Positions 25,089 to 37,459 of a stretch of 64,000 nucleotides of DNA are shown here, piece after piece. The DNA is taken from assembly GCA_003971905.1 (NCBI GenBank), contig RSEE01000002.1, forward strand, positions 992,001 to 1,056,000, written 5' to 3'. Below the pieces are notes generated by a model. That model was not told the origin of the DNA and made no database searches. It worked only from the letters and a program-made list of their open reading frames with translations. Within the stretch, counting starts at the first letter, position 1. Each line of letters starts with the position of its first letter. The stretch is from Moniliella sp. 'wahieum' (taxonomy: Eukaryota). Position numbers and translations under genes: made by a program.

Positions 25089-25172
25089 TGAAGTTTGAAG
25101 CTTTTGAAGCTTGAAGCTTGAAGCTGAAGCTTGAAGCTTGAAGCTTGAAGCTTGAAGCTTGAAGCTCGAAGC
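25089..25172. repeat. (TGAAGCT)n array, ~12 units
   Basis: Direct reading; the longest single-core heptamer array in the window. Confidence 0.95.
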
Positions 25173-26554
25173 GTCCGTACGCTGAGGGGATGCTGTATGA
25201 TAGGTTCGGTTACGCGTTATCATACGGTTGAAACATGATGTATGACAAGGCTCGGACTGAGCAAACATATGGCCCTCGAATTCCCCCGTTTCTGAGCCAT
25301 CCGCGGGTGTATACAGGTATGAACTGGTATGGCACAATCGAACTGACGATCGGATGGAGTACCGAATGAGCTCGGTAAGCGAGCGTTCGTGTTATTTTCA
25401 TCTCTCTGATCTTAGTACCCTGATGCGCTGCATGATCATCGCCGGACCGTACTGCTGCCACTCTCCTTCGGGTTTTCATTTGGCGTCGTATTTGATGGTG
25501 TGGGTTCTGCCACACATTATGGTGACGACTCTTTTCTTTCTTGACATGCTTCGTAGCTGTGCCGGCTGACCGGTCTCTATTCCCCACCTTGCTCTTGTTT
25601 AGACAAGCTTTCTGGTGTGGAGGAGGGGGAGTTGGCGACGTGGAGGTGATATCTTCCCTAACAAATCCTTTGCGGCGCCGACATGCTCATAGCGGTGATA
25701 CTATGTGACAGTCGTGTCTTCGTTAGACTGCACCTTCCTTCGTGCTCTTGTGTCTCCGTCCTACCCTCTCTCTATGGCCCCGACACCGCTTTTCCACTCG
25801 CTACAATTCGTGCACCGATCACCGGTCATCGATCATCTCCGTGCTGGTGATATCGATGAGTTCCCTAGCTGTTGCGTCGCGGTCGGAGCGTTTTTTACAG
25901 TGGCCACTTGGTCCCGGCGGGCAGGGGTGCTGGAGTGGCTAGTGAGGCCGGACTGGGACAGACAAGCACTGCATGAAACTCAATGGGCGGGAGCGACTGC
26001 GGAAGCTGGCCTAAGGTCCAGAGGCCTCAGGCTCTCATCGATCTCAGGGGAGGAAAGTAAGTGTCGGCAAATGTCACACTCATCCTATGTGGCGCCCCAT
26101 AGTATGTAACGCCCTGTCGCACTTATGCCACGCTGTTATGGTGCGAACTAGGTGGATGAATGCAAGGGTTATAGCAGAGCTCCCCGCTCGTATGTCTGAG
26201 CACCCAGTCGCTGCGCGCGGCCTCTGTGGCGGCAGGAGGCACTCAAATGCCAAGCTTCAAATCATAATCAGGCGCGGCTGCGAGCAGCCTAGGCTGCTTG
26301 GCATGGGGCTAGTGCACAAGCATACACAGCTACCCGAGATATACACGTTGCACAGAGCACCTCGCCGAGCCCAATACGCCAAACCCCCATCCGGCTCTCG
26401 CTCAGGTACTCAGGCGCCCACAGCCAGCCTCAGGCGCTGGGTTTGGCCATTCCTCGGCAACTAGAGCGGCGTAGACCAGTAAAAGAGACAACACGATGAG
26501 TGCGATCGGCATGAATATGAGGCCAGGATGCATGAGGCCGAGGTAGGATGCATG

Positions 26555-27170
26555 AGAGATCAGATCGATCATCGATCATCGATCTTATTGGCGAACCAGC
26601 GAGCTGTCCATAGGCATGGATCCATTCGTAGTACCGGATGGTTGATGATCGATGATTGATGATCGATGAGCGCGAGCGCTGGGATGCATGAGAAGTATGG
26701 TTGCTATGGATGATCGCGTCCTGCGCGGGGGCCTGCGGGGGGCTTTGGAGGCTGGCCTGGGCTGGCAGTGCCTGAGTGTTCCGAAACTTGTCACACCACG
26801 CAGCGGCAAGCACATTTTTCGCCGCCGCAGCATCCGCGCACCAGCGCACCAGTTCGCACGCTCGAGATGGTACGAGGCATGATGCATGATGCATGATGCG
26901 GGAAGCGGGATGCGGGATGTGCTCCGCCGTGCTGCATCCCACGACCCAGGGGGGTGGTCCGGGTGGACGATGATCAATGATCGATGACGCTGGCGACGCG
27001 AGAGGCGTGGTGCTTGGTGGGGCGGTGGCGACCGGTGAGGCCGGAGTGACATGTGGGCGTGTGCGATTTGTGACGTGGGGGAGCGGCGGCCGGAACAGGC
27101 CGGACGCGACGATGAACGCTGCCGGGGCGGCAGATGGCGGCGGGTTGGCCGGTGACCGGTGACCGGTGAG
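26555..27170. repeat. Heptamer arrays upstream of the Zn2Cys6 gene
   Basis: TCGA cores 26562-26584 and 26646-26669; TGCA 26877-26899; CCGG 27149-27169. Confidence 0.85.
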
Positions 27171-27615
27171 GTGAATGCTGGTGAGATGGCGATGGGGCGG
27201 GGAGAGCGGCAGCAGCGGCAAGGGGGCGGCAGCAGAGCAGCAGTGGGCGTGCGGCGCGGCGAGCAAGCGTGCCGGAGCGGGCAGGGGAGCATGGCAGCGC
27301 AGAGCCGCACAGAGCAGCACGCAGCAGCACAGAGCCGCACACAGCAGCACACAGCATGGCGCTGCGGCTTTCTGCGGCCTGCGTGCAGCACTGCTGCCTA
27401 CTGCAGTGCCCAGACACCTCGGTCCGTCAGCGCGGCCGGGCAGAACACCAGACAGCGCACACCCGCGCGGGCGGCAGCACAGGCAGCACCGGCAGACGGC
27501 TGCTCGCGCCTCCCGTCTCCTCCTCTCTTGCCTCCGCCTGTTCGCCGCTGCCTTGCCGTTGCTTCGCCTGGGCTGCTCGCGTTGCTGCGCGTGCGTGCCC
27601 ACAGTGCCCACCCGC

Positions 27616-30600
27616 ATGTCTGCCCCGCGCCCCGCTCGTCCGTCGCCCTCGGCCACCCGCCCCGGCCGCGGCTGCGTCCACGCCCAGCACGCTCCCGCCG
27701 CTGCCGGCCCGCTGGCCGCCATGCCCCCCCTCCGCCCACCCGCACGCCGCCCCCTCCAGCAGCGGCTACTCCGCCTCCGCCCCCCCCCCCGCCCGACTTG
27801 CCCGCATACGGCGCCTACGGCGCCTACGCCATGCCCGCCCCACCCACCGCCCCCGACGACGGGGCTGCCCCCAAGACGCGTACGAGTACGAGTACGAGTA
27901 CGGGTACGAGTACGATCCCTACTTCTACCCGCCACCGCCCACAAGCGTCCCCGCTACGCCCGCCCTCTGCCCGCGCCCCCTGTCCTACCTGCCCCGCCCC
28001 GTCTCCCCACGAGGAGCAGGCCTTTGCCTATGCCCATCAGCGCCACCTTGCTCCGCAGGCCAGCGCCCCCGCCGGCCTGCCAGCCTCGTCCGGAGCACCC
28101 ACGTCTGCTGCCGCTATATCTGCACCCACCACTGTCGGCGGTTGTCCCCATCCCCCCCCGGCAAGTAAGCGACAAAGACGCAGCGTGCGTGCGACTGCTG
28201 CCGCGCAAGCGCATCGCTGCGACATCATCGAGCCCCTCAAGATGTGTGTCCATTGTCGCACTTACGGCCTAGGTGCGTCATTTTACTCTGTTGTTATCAT
28301 CGCTTGCTAACCATGTGTCTGCCTTAGAATGATCCTTCGTTCTGCCCATTTCCGAGACGCGGTTCAAAAAGAAGAAGGAAGCAGATGGTGACACATCTGG
28401 CCACATATGCTGCTGTGGCAGGTCCTTCCTCTGGCGAAGGCTCGCTCTTGCCGCCGGAAAAGCCGAGTCCGGAAGATTCAGTCGACGACGAAGGTCTTCG
28501 CCCGCCATCGACCTCTTGCCTCGTGGCAGTGCCGGTCGGGTTGTGCGACGATACTGTCCTGGGGCCCACTTCCATCGCTTATCTCGTGCATTCCACGCCT
28601 TTGTGCCGACAGGTGCGATGAGGAGCACGACCGCCAGGCTCATCAGACCTTTGAGGTGGGTGCCAATGGAGATGGAGTCATCAAATTCCACAAGCTACCA
28701 GAGGCCGGAGCACGGTGGCCGAGAGCGATTCGGATGGGGATGAGTTGCCGTGGGCGCGCCGGCTTCCATCAAGTTGGAAGCGGACATGGCTCGTCGCAGC
28801 TAGCTGGCGATGTGGCCGAGAAACTGACCAATTCGTACTTTGCTCAATGGGCACTCTCTTTCCGGTGGTCACAAGAGTGAGTTTGTCTATACCACCCGAC
28901 CCCACCGGCGTTGCTCTATTCCATCTGTTCTGTTGCTGCGCAGAGCCGGGAGGTGCCGTCGGAGGTGCGGGCTGTGTTGCGAGGGGAAGTGGCCACCCTT
29001 TTCAAAGACGGTGCAATGCTTTCCCGCTCCCACACGACCACCATTCGCTCCCTTTTGATCATGTCCTTACACCACGATATTCATGGTTCCTTCTCCAAGC
29101 GCCCTCGCGGCACTGGAATCGGACCGGTCTGGGGATTCGGATGGCCCAAGATCTCGGTTTCCACCGTGAGTCCATCTCCCGCGCCAATGGCAGCACACCC
29201 GATGCGTATCATATCGAACAACGCCGGCGGATCTGGGGTGCTTGTGTGTCAGCGGATCGATGGGCGTCTTTGTACGCAGGCCGCCCGCTTTCCATCGATT
29301 TGACCGACTGCGATGTCCGGCTCCCCTCGCCCGTCGAGGTGGTACGTACCAAGCCCGGTTCCGATACGCCCCTCCCTGGCTCAACCGCCGTGACAGGGGG
29401 ACGCAGGTGTTTGCCTTTAACACTGAGATGGTCAAGTTGAGCATTTTGCTGGGCAGGGTGCTGAAAACGATTTACTCCCCCACGGGGCTGATGAATGCTA
29501 CCGATGCTCAGATCGAAGGTCTGCTGGCTGACATTGACGCATGGCATGATGCGCTGCCGCCTCAGTTGAAATACCATGATACGACGGCCAACCCCGGGGC
29601 CGGAATCTTGCAAGTGAGCTATGCCTGTCTCTTGGTCTCTTCTTCCGTGTCTTTATGCGCATCTCGTATGTCTGTCCCACTCATCTTCGCTTCTCCATCA
29701 CGATCGAGCGAATGACGGCGATGCTCACGGCGTGCAAGAGCGCCTGCGACTGGGCTGCCGCCCACCCATTCTATTGCGACACTTGTCCTGCATCTCGTAC
29801 TGCAATCGTCTCGTGTGCCCCTTGCTCTACCACGCGTATGTGCGAAGGAAGGACCAAGTGGCCCTGGAAAAGCTCCGAACCATTGAGAAGGTGTATGCGT
29901 CGGCGGACCCGTCAATGCACGTTCTCAAGAAGATGTGGAAGTTTCGCCAAAGACCACGCGCAGCTGCGTCCTCGCAGGAGGTGCAGGAAACGTGGAGGCC
30001 ATCTCTTCCACGGACGCTTCCTGGCGCAGCAAGTGGGGCGGTGCTCAAGATTCTTCTCGATGCAGCTCAGGGTGCTTATCCTTCCGACGCTCCTGCCAAG
30101 GGTCCGCGTCGTGCCTCTCTCTGGGACGGAGTGCTGAATCCCACAGCCGGAGTGAGCAACCGCAAAACGGTGGAAATGGTGGCTTCGCTCAAGTTCCGCC
30201 CGATCCCACCCTGCCAGGGGGCGGGGTGTTCGTTGCGGATGCCGACATGTTGGTGGCCAAGGATTTGCCTGGCGGAACAGTAATTCAGAAAAGCACAGAG
30301 AAAGCCAAAGGCGAATTGAAACGCAAGCGATCGGATGCGATGAGGATGCCGGTGCGGATGCGAATGCGGATGCGACCGAGCCGGATCTGCAGCAAGTCCC
30401 GCTTCGCACACCCTTCGCAGGACGTTGCACCCGAAGGCAAGTATGAGTGGCCCATCACGTCGGCTTCGCTCCTCCACATCCGCACAGGGGGGGGCGACGG
30501 ATGCTCCCGCTCGGTCGCCTTTGCGGCGGGCGGGGAAGCGCCTATGATGGCAAGCCCGTTAGGTTCGAGCCCGGTACGGGGCCAAGGTGGTCACACGTTC

Positions 30601-31020
30601 AGTCCACCGCCACCCAAGCTCGAAGCTGGATCGGCGCTGGCTCAGCCTCCATCTCTAGTTGGCAGTCGATCCCTCTGCGCCTCCGTTGTGGTAGGCAGCG
30701 CGCCCAACCTGAATCCGAGGCGAACGACCTGATCTGGTCGACGCCTACTGCATTTGTGTTGAGGCTCCAGCCGCTCGCGGCCCGAGGACTGCGTGGGCCT
30801 TACCAGGCCCTAGGGGGCAGGCGGAGAGCAACCCGTCACCCCTTCGCCAGGGCGAAGCGGTGCGTCTGCTGGCGCTCCTACTTTCCCCAGTGTCGATCCT
30901 ACCTTTCTCGACGGCCTACCCCAATCGTTGGACTTTGATGCTTGGTCCACCTGGGGGGCCAAGTTGCCCATGCCTCGCGCGTGGGGTAAGGTTCACGTTG
31001 ATGGCAGCTGGAACGTTGAC
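27616..31020 (+). CDS. Zn(II)2Cys6 fungal transcription factor with middle homology region (start and end approximate; frameshifted)
   Basis: RQRRSVR-ACDCC-RKRI-CDIIEPLKMCVHCRTYGL/ECSFVLPISETRFKKK binuclear cluster at ~28170-28380 with an intron; GIRMAQDLGFHRE...EQRRRIWGACVSADRWASLYAGRPLSIDLTDCDVRLPSP; MVKLSILLGRVLKTIYSPTGL. Confidence 0.9.
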
Positions 31021-31925
31021 TGCCCCATGTCCCTCTTTCTCCCTTTCCCCATTTCCTGTTCCCTCCGCCCCGCCCCGCCTACTATATAACTCTGGACTTT
31101 CAATTTTGCTTTGCTGGACGCTCTTACCCCCCTCTCGGTTTGCCGTCTCTCTCTCTACGAGGAGGGAAGCCTGACACGATTTCTGTTCCAACCCCAGCGT
31201 GGTCGACCGTGTCCAACTGAAGCTTTCCCTGTCGCTGTGGGTGACAAGTCTATAGATCCATGCATACATGCTCGGGAGTCCTGCCGAGGTTGTGGCATAC
31301 GCCACTCTCGTCGTTCGTTCGTTCATTCGTTTACGTGCACCGGTAACAATCCATGTAGGTTCACTGGCCCGTAGTAGGAGGGCGATGGTCAGCCAAGATG
31401 GGAGGCGCAGCAGTCATCAACGTCACTGTGGTTGAAAAGGAGAAGTGGGTAGTTGGGTGTAGTGGGGAGGAGTAGGGGGAGGAGAAGGGAGATTGTAACC
31501 CCAGACACCAAAACAGAGAGGAATCCCCCTTACTGCGTTGCATTTCTGGGGCAGTAATCATGACCCAGCCCGAAGGAGATTGAGTCGCAAAGGAGACGAA
31601 AGTGGCAGTCATCACAAGGGTTGGGTTCGTAGCATCGTCTCGAGGATATTTCCATCCTCAAGCGGTCGCAAACAATCACAACTGGCATTCACTGTTGCAG
31701 TTCGAGGGGATAAGGTGAAGGAGACCTCAGTCGAGAAAGGATGGGGGGAAGTATAACCGTCGTTCGCGGGGAAGAGGGAAGCAGTAAGAGGGTAATCGAA
31801 ATGAAACCAAGCGGACGAACAGAACAGGCACAAAAAAAGAGACGCTCGAAAGACGCTCGAAAGATAGAGAGAAGGTTTGAAAAGGGAGCGAGAGCAGCCA
31901 ACCAAAACGACAGCCACTACCGCAT

Positions 31926-32810
31926 TTACCGTTCCGTCACAACGATCCAGCCAATTCTCTGAGCAGCCTTCTGGTCTTGGCGGAAACACCAGTCCAGCGC
32001 TTTCTGGGTCTTACGCTGTTGCCTCGGAACCGAGCGGCGAGGGTGAAGCCAAGAGGACGCTTCCCTTGGTTGCAGTCTCGCTGATGGCCTTGTCAAGGAT
32101 CGCCTTGCGCTTGACAGCCGCCTTCCACTCCTTCTCGCGTGCCTCGTCTTCTTCTTTGACACGCGTATTCGCCCTCCGCTGGTTCCACTCCTTGAAAACC
32201 CCGCGCCTTTGCCCATTGCTTCAGCATTGGGGAAGTACTCGAGGGGCGCAACTTTGCCTCCGAGCGCGGAACAACGACCTTCGAAAATCGGCTCTCTTGG
32301 GTCACTTTCGAACGATACCGACTCAAGTGGAGGTGAATCTGGGAGACGAAGGAAAAGCGAGTTTTATCCGGTGCCGCTTGGGTTCCCCCCTGCTGTTGGA
32401 GGAGGAGAAGGAGTTTTTTGGTCGAAAGAATCGTGGCCTTCAATCCGCGAGGGTAAAACAAACGTTTGGTTGATGCGTTTGAGGTAAAAGTGGGTGCTCA
32501 CTTTGCTTTTGGCCGAACGAAGCATAATGGCCGACAGAGCCATGGACGCACCTACCAGTTGCACCAGCTCGATGGGTACGAGGCTGACTACGGCCCCCGC
32601 CACTTCAACCATTTCCAGAAATTGGGACCCGAGCGTAGCCCTGTTGAGGTGCTCAAGAAAGTCATGAAACGCGACTTCGTCCACGTCGTGCAACGCGAGG
32701 GCGGAGGAGTAGACCATCGGGTAGCCGTACGCCCACTTGGGGTCCATACAACGCGCACATTGCTGAGGAATGGCGACGGGGAGAAAGTTGGCGACCTTTT
32801 CCTTGGACAT
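31926..32810 (-). CDS. Conserved fungal hypothetical protein
   Basis: MSKEKVANFLPVAIPQ...YSSALALHDVDEVAFHDFLEHLN...YLKRINQTF-FYPRGLKA...KAAQRIGWIVV; motif pattern (PVxIPQ, FLxxLN, NxxFFxPRGL) resembles an uncharacterised fungal family; frameshifted. Confidence 0.65.
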
Positions 32811-34233
32811 TGAAAAAGTACTGGGGGGGGAGGTGGGCAGGGAATGCGGTGTTATAAAGTGGGTGAAATGGCGGGGGACAGAGAGACGAGACAGAGGGAA
32901 TAGGGCAAGAGCTTCAGTACTTTCTCTCTCTATATATAGGCTCGCATGCCACACACTTCTGTTCAAGACGATGAGAGACCCTCGGCCGGGGTTGCGTGCC
33001 TTCTTTTTGTGTGTTGATGTGGCGTAGTCTGGCGTACCGCAAACAAGATGGTAAGGTGTAGAATCACTATGTGCTTTTTGCGGGACTCTAAAGTACGTAT
33101 ACATTAGCAGTGCTGCGGAGTACAATAACTCTCTTACCCTCTCGTACTCCTTCTCGGTACACCATCCTGCTTCCATCATCCAGCATCGACATCATAATCA
33201 TCCCTGTCAGCAATGCCTGTGCTGCCATCCATTTTGCCACTCTATCAATACTCTCAACGCATCGGCCCTGTGTGGCCTCTGTCAGCGCATCTGCCAAGAG
33301 AGAGTGTGGGTAAGCAGAAACGTTATCAATGATAGCGACGTTTGTTTCCCGATAGACTATCGGGCTGTTTTAGGGGGTGCTCGCGCGACGTCCATTCTCT
33401 CTCTTCTTCACTGAGAGACCTACGAGATCAGTGTGATCGCTCTATTATCATATCGCCATCAAAAGCATGCAGCTGTCTCTTCTGTTGAGATGGCGGGTGG
33501 CGGTACATGCATCTTGCTCTTGCTCAGTAGCTCAGTACTGTCGCGCTGACTTGATCCACGCCGTGCTCCGCATCCTGGACGCCAAGCTCCGCATCGTGCA
33601 CGCCAAGCCCGTCGCATGGCTTAGCGTGTGGGGCACCGCTCACGTATTAGGCACACAACAACTTGTGCCCACCGATAGCCATTGGAATCCGATCGTTGTA
33701 CGAAGCGCGTGTCAATTACAACTTTCAAACGAGCACCTTCATCGATCGATCATCGCTGCTCCAGGCACAATACCATGCAACGGGTACCCGGTAACATGTA
33801 ACCGGCAACCGGTAGCCCCAGGATCCTAATAGGCGCCTCGTCCCGCCCGAGCATGCCTGAGCGCCTGAGCCCTTGCGAGCGCCATCGATCATCGATCATC
33901 GATCCTCGATGCATATTGCGCCGTGCATGCGCCACGGGGATGTGCAGAATAGTGCTATGGTTCCCCCGCACGGCTCTCAGGTTGAACGTTGATCAGTGAC
34001 CTCACCGGTGACGTGCGCTCGCTGATTATCGGGGCGGAAGCTGGAAGGGTTTCTTCCTTGGCAGGCTGCACCGCCTCCAGTTTGCTCAATCTCCATCTCC
34101 CTGCCCTGTCCTGTCTCCTTCAGATATGCTCGAAGGCTTGGGGCACACCAAATACACGCTTGTTTGCCCGCCTTTCCAAGTCGTTATCCGCTCAACGTAA
34201 CTGAGTGAGTCAAAATATAGCCTGGACATCCAG

Positions 34234-34315
34234 GCCTCTTTGGCTCAGTGGTAAAGCATCTCACTAGTAAACCTGGTATATGAGAAGATCGGTCGTTCGA
34301 TTCGGCCAAGAGGCA
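34234..34315 (+). tRNA. tRNA-Thr (anticodon AGT) with ~10-nt intron
   Basis: Acceptor GCCTCTT/AAGAGGC+A; D-arm TGGCTCAGTGGTAAAGC; anticodon arm TCTCA-CTAGTA[aacctggtat]A-TGAGA; T-arm GGTCG-TTCGATT-CGGCC; T7 Pol III terminator immediately after. Confidence 0.95.
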
Positions 34316-34562
34316 TTTTTTGGCTGAAAAAGGCCAGTTGCTCGCGACCCTGTTCCATGACACGAACATTCACTGTCCTGTACCTGATTCTGTCGCGCTG
34401 CGTGCGCCACGTTCCCAGGAACGACACCGTAGCAACTAGCCATTGTGTTAACTTATCCCATTAATCATGGGGAGCACGTCCAGCGCTACTAAGCCTGATG
34501 CACCGAAGGGCTGTGCTAGCATCTCCCGCTCAGGGCGCTCAGATCATCGATCAGGGGCGAAG

Positions 34563-34609
34563 ATGAAGCTGGTGAAGCTTGAAGCTTGAAGCTGAAGCTT
34601 GAAGCTGAA
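34563..34609. repeat. (TGAAGCT)n array
   Basis: tgaagcttgaagcttgaagctgaagcttgaagctgaag, read directly. Confidence 0.9.
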
Positions 34610-35753
34610 GGATCCCGGTGTGAAGAAACAGGGGGTATGGGTGCTGATTGAGGTGAAGGGGAAATTGTACGTAGGCCACGGGGGTTCCTCTACTCTTTCT
34701 TCATCTGTGGCCCGTTCACGGGAAGGAGAGGCAGTGCATCCAGTTCCACAGCGAGAAAGAGCACATCAACTGGTACCGACTGGGGGGGGTGAATGTACGC
34801 GATGAACCCCGGTGCTATGCCTCGAGGCGGAACGAACCAGAGATGCAATGGTCTGAGGCTAGAGGCCTGAGGATCACTTTGATCCACACTCTTGGGAAAC
34901 TTCGCATCGTTCGTCAGAGGGCCCAAGCCACCATGCAAGGTACACCTTCCTGCTAGGATCAAACTGGGGCGCTGGTCAACAGGGCACCCCTCCGAGGAGA
35001 GAAGGGGACAATCGTCAATGTGGTCGCATTGCTTTTGCTTCCGTTGTAGGCAGGGAGGCAGCTCCCTACCTGGGAACGAGGACAGTACGAATATGTTCCA
35101 ATAGAGTGGCAAGCCTTGCACTTTCCAGCCCTTCGTGCTGTGACAAGACGGCCATGCGAGTTGGTGCAACAGGGGTGGGACTGGGTTTGAGCTGGGGTGA
35201 GATAAATACAACAAACGGGTACATCGTTGCGTGAAGTAGTTGCGCCACTAGACAACACAACGTTAGTTCACTTCAGCACGGCCATAAGCGTCTTGGCTTC
35301 CCGCTTGGCGCGAGCCATGGCCTTCGCATGATTCCCGGAGAGGACACGCAGGACCCGCAAGCAGTTGGAGGGTGGAAATGTAGGCCAGAGGGCCCAATAG
35401 GTGGATGATGGCGATGAATATGTGCTGCAGCAGCGGCTGGCTGGCTTGGTGATGGGGTGAAGCGTGGCGGCTACCAGACCCGGCTGGGTCGGCGTCCCGC
35501 GCGGCCATTGGTACTCGCCGGGTCAGCCTGCCCATCAGGCTAGCTGCCCAATATAAAGCAAGGTGCGGTGCAGCGGCGGAAGGGGTAGGCGGAATGACAC
35601 AGCTGATGTAACTGCATAGCCCCAGCCAACGAAAAAATTTGGAGGCCCATGCATGATGAAACCTGTGGCCTCAGGGCATCATGTGACCCATTCTGTCCTC
35701 CCGCTCTTCCCTTTCCATTCTCCTTCCTGTCACCGCCGCCACAACTGTACACT

Positions 35754-37047
<1,294 letters not shown>

Positions 37048-37459
37048 AAAGCTCGCATTCTCATGCGCGCCACGACGAAGGAATGGCTTTGATCCCCCTC
37101 ACATATTCACGTCCCTAATGCACCCTTGTGGAACGTGCTGTATATAAAGTGGCAGTAGCGGAGCGCAAGAGCATTTTGGCACGGCGATGCCCATGCCCAT
37201 CTCAGTCCGTGCACCGTCAGGGTGGTGTTCGACGAGGAGCGGGTGGGCTGAAGCGCCGGGGCGAGGTGTCACATGCTATTCCCTGTGGTCCTGTGTGGCT
37301 GCCAAAAGACCATTGAATATTGAAGGCCGACAATCGCGTCGCGTGGGAGGGCGGAACGCGCGGCGGAATTGGGTGTGGGAGCGGATGCCAGCAGCTCGTG
37401 CTGAGCATGGCCAGGAGGAATGCTCATCCCCAACTGCTCTGCCCCGCCTCGCGATCGCC

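Noticed and set aside
26430..27944. 504-aa minus-strand ORF and other long overlapping ORFs at 27159-28310
   Set aside because: GC-rich low-complexity sequence antisense to, or out of frame with, the Zn2Cys6 gene and its 5' region; translations such as HHASC and SSIIDHR come from the heptamer arrays.
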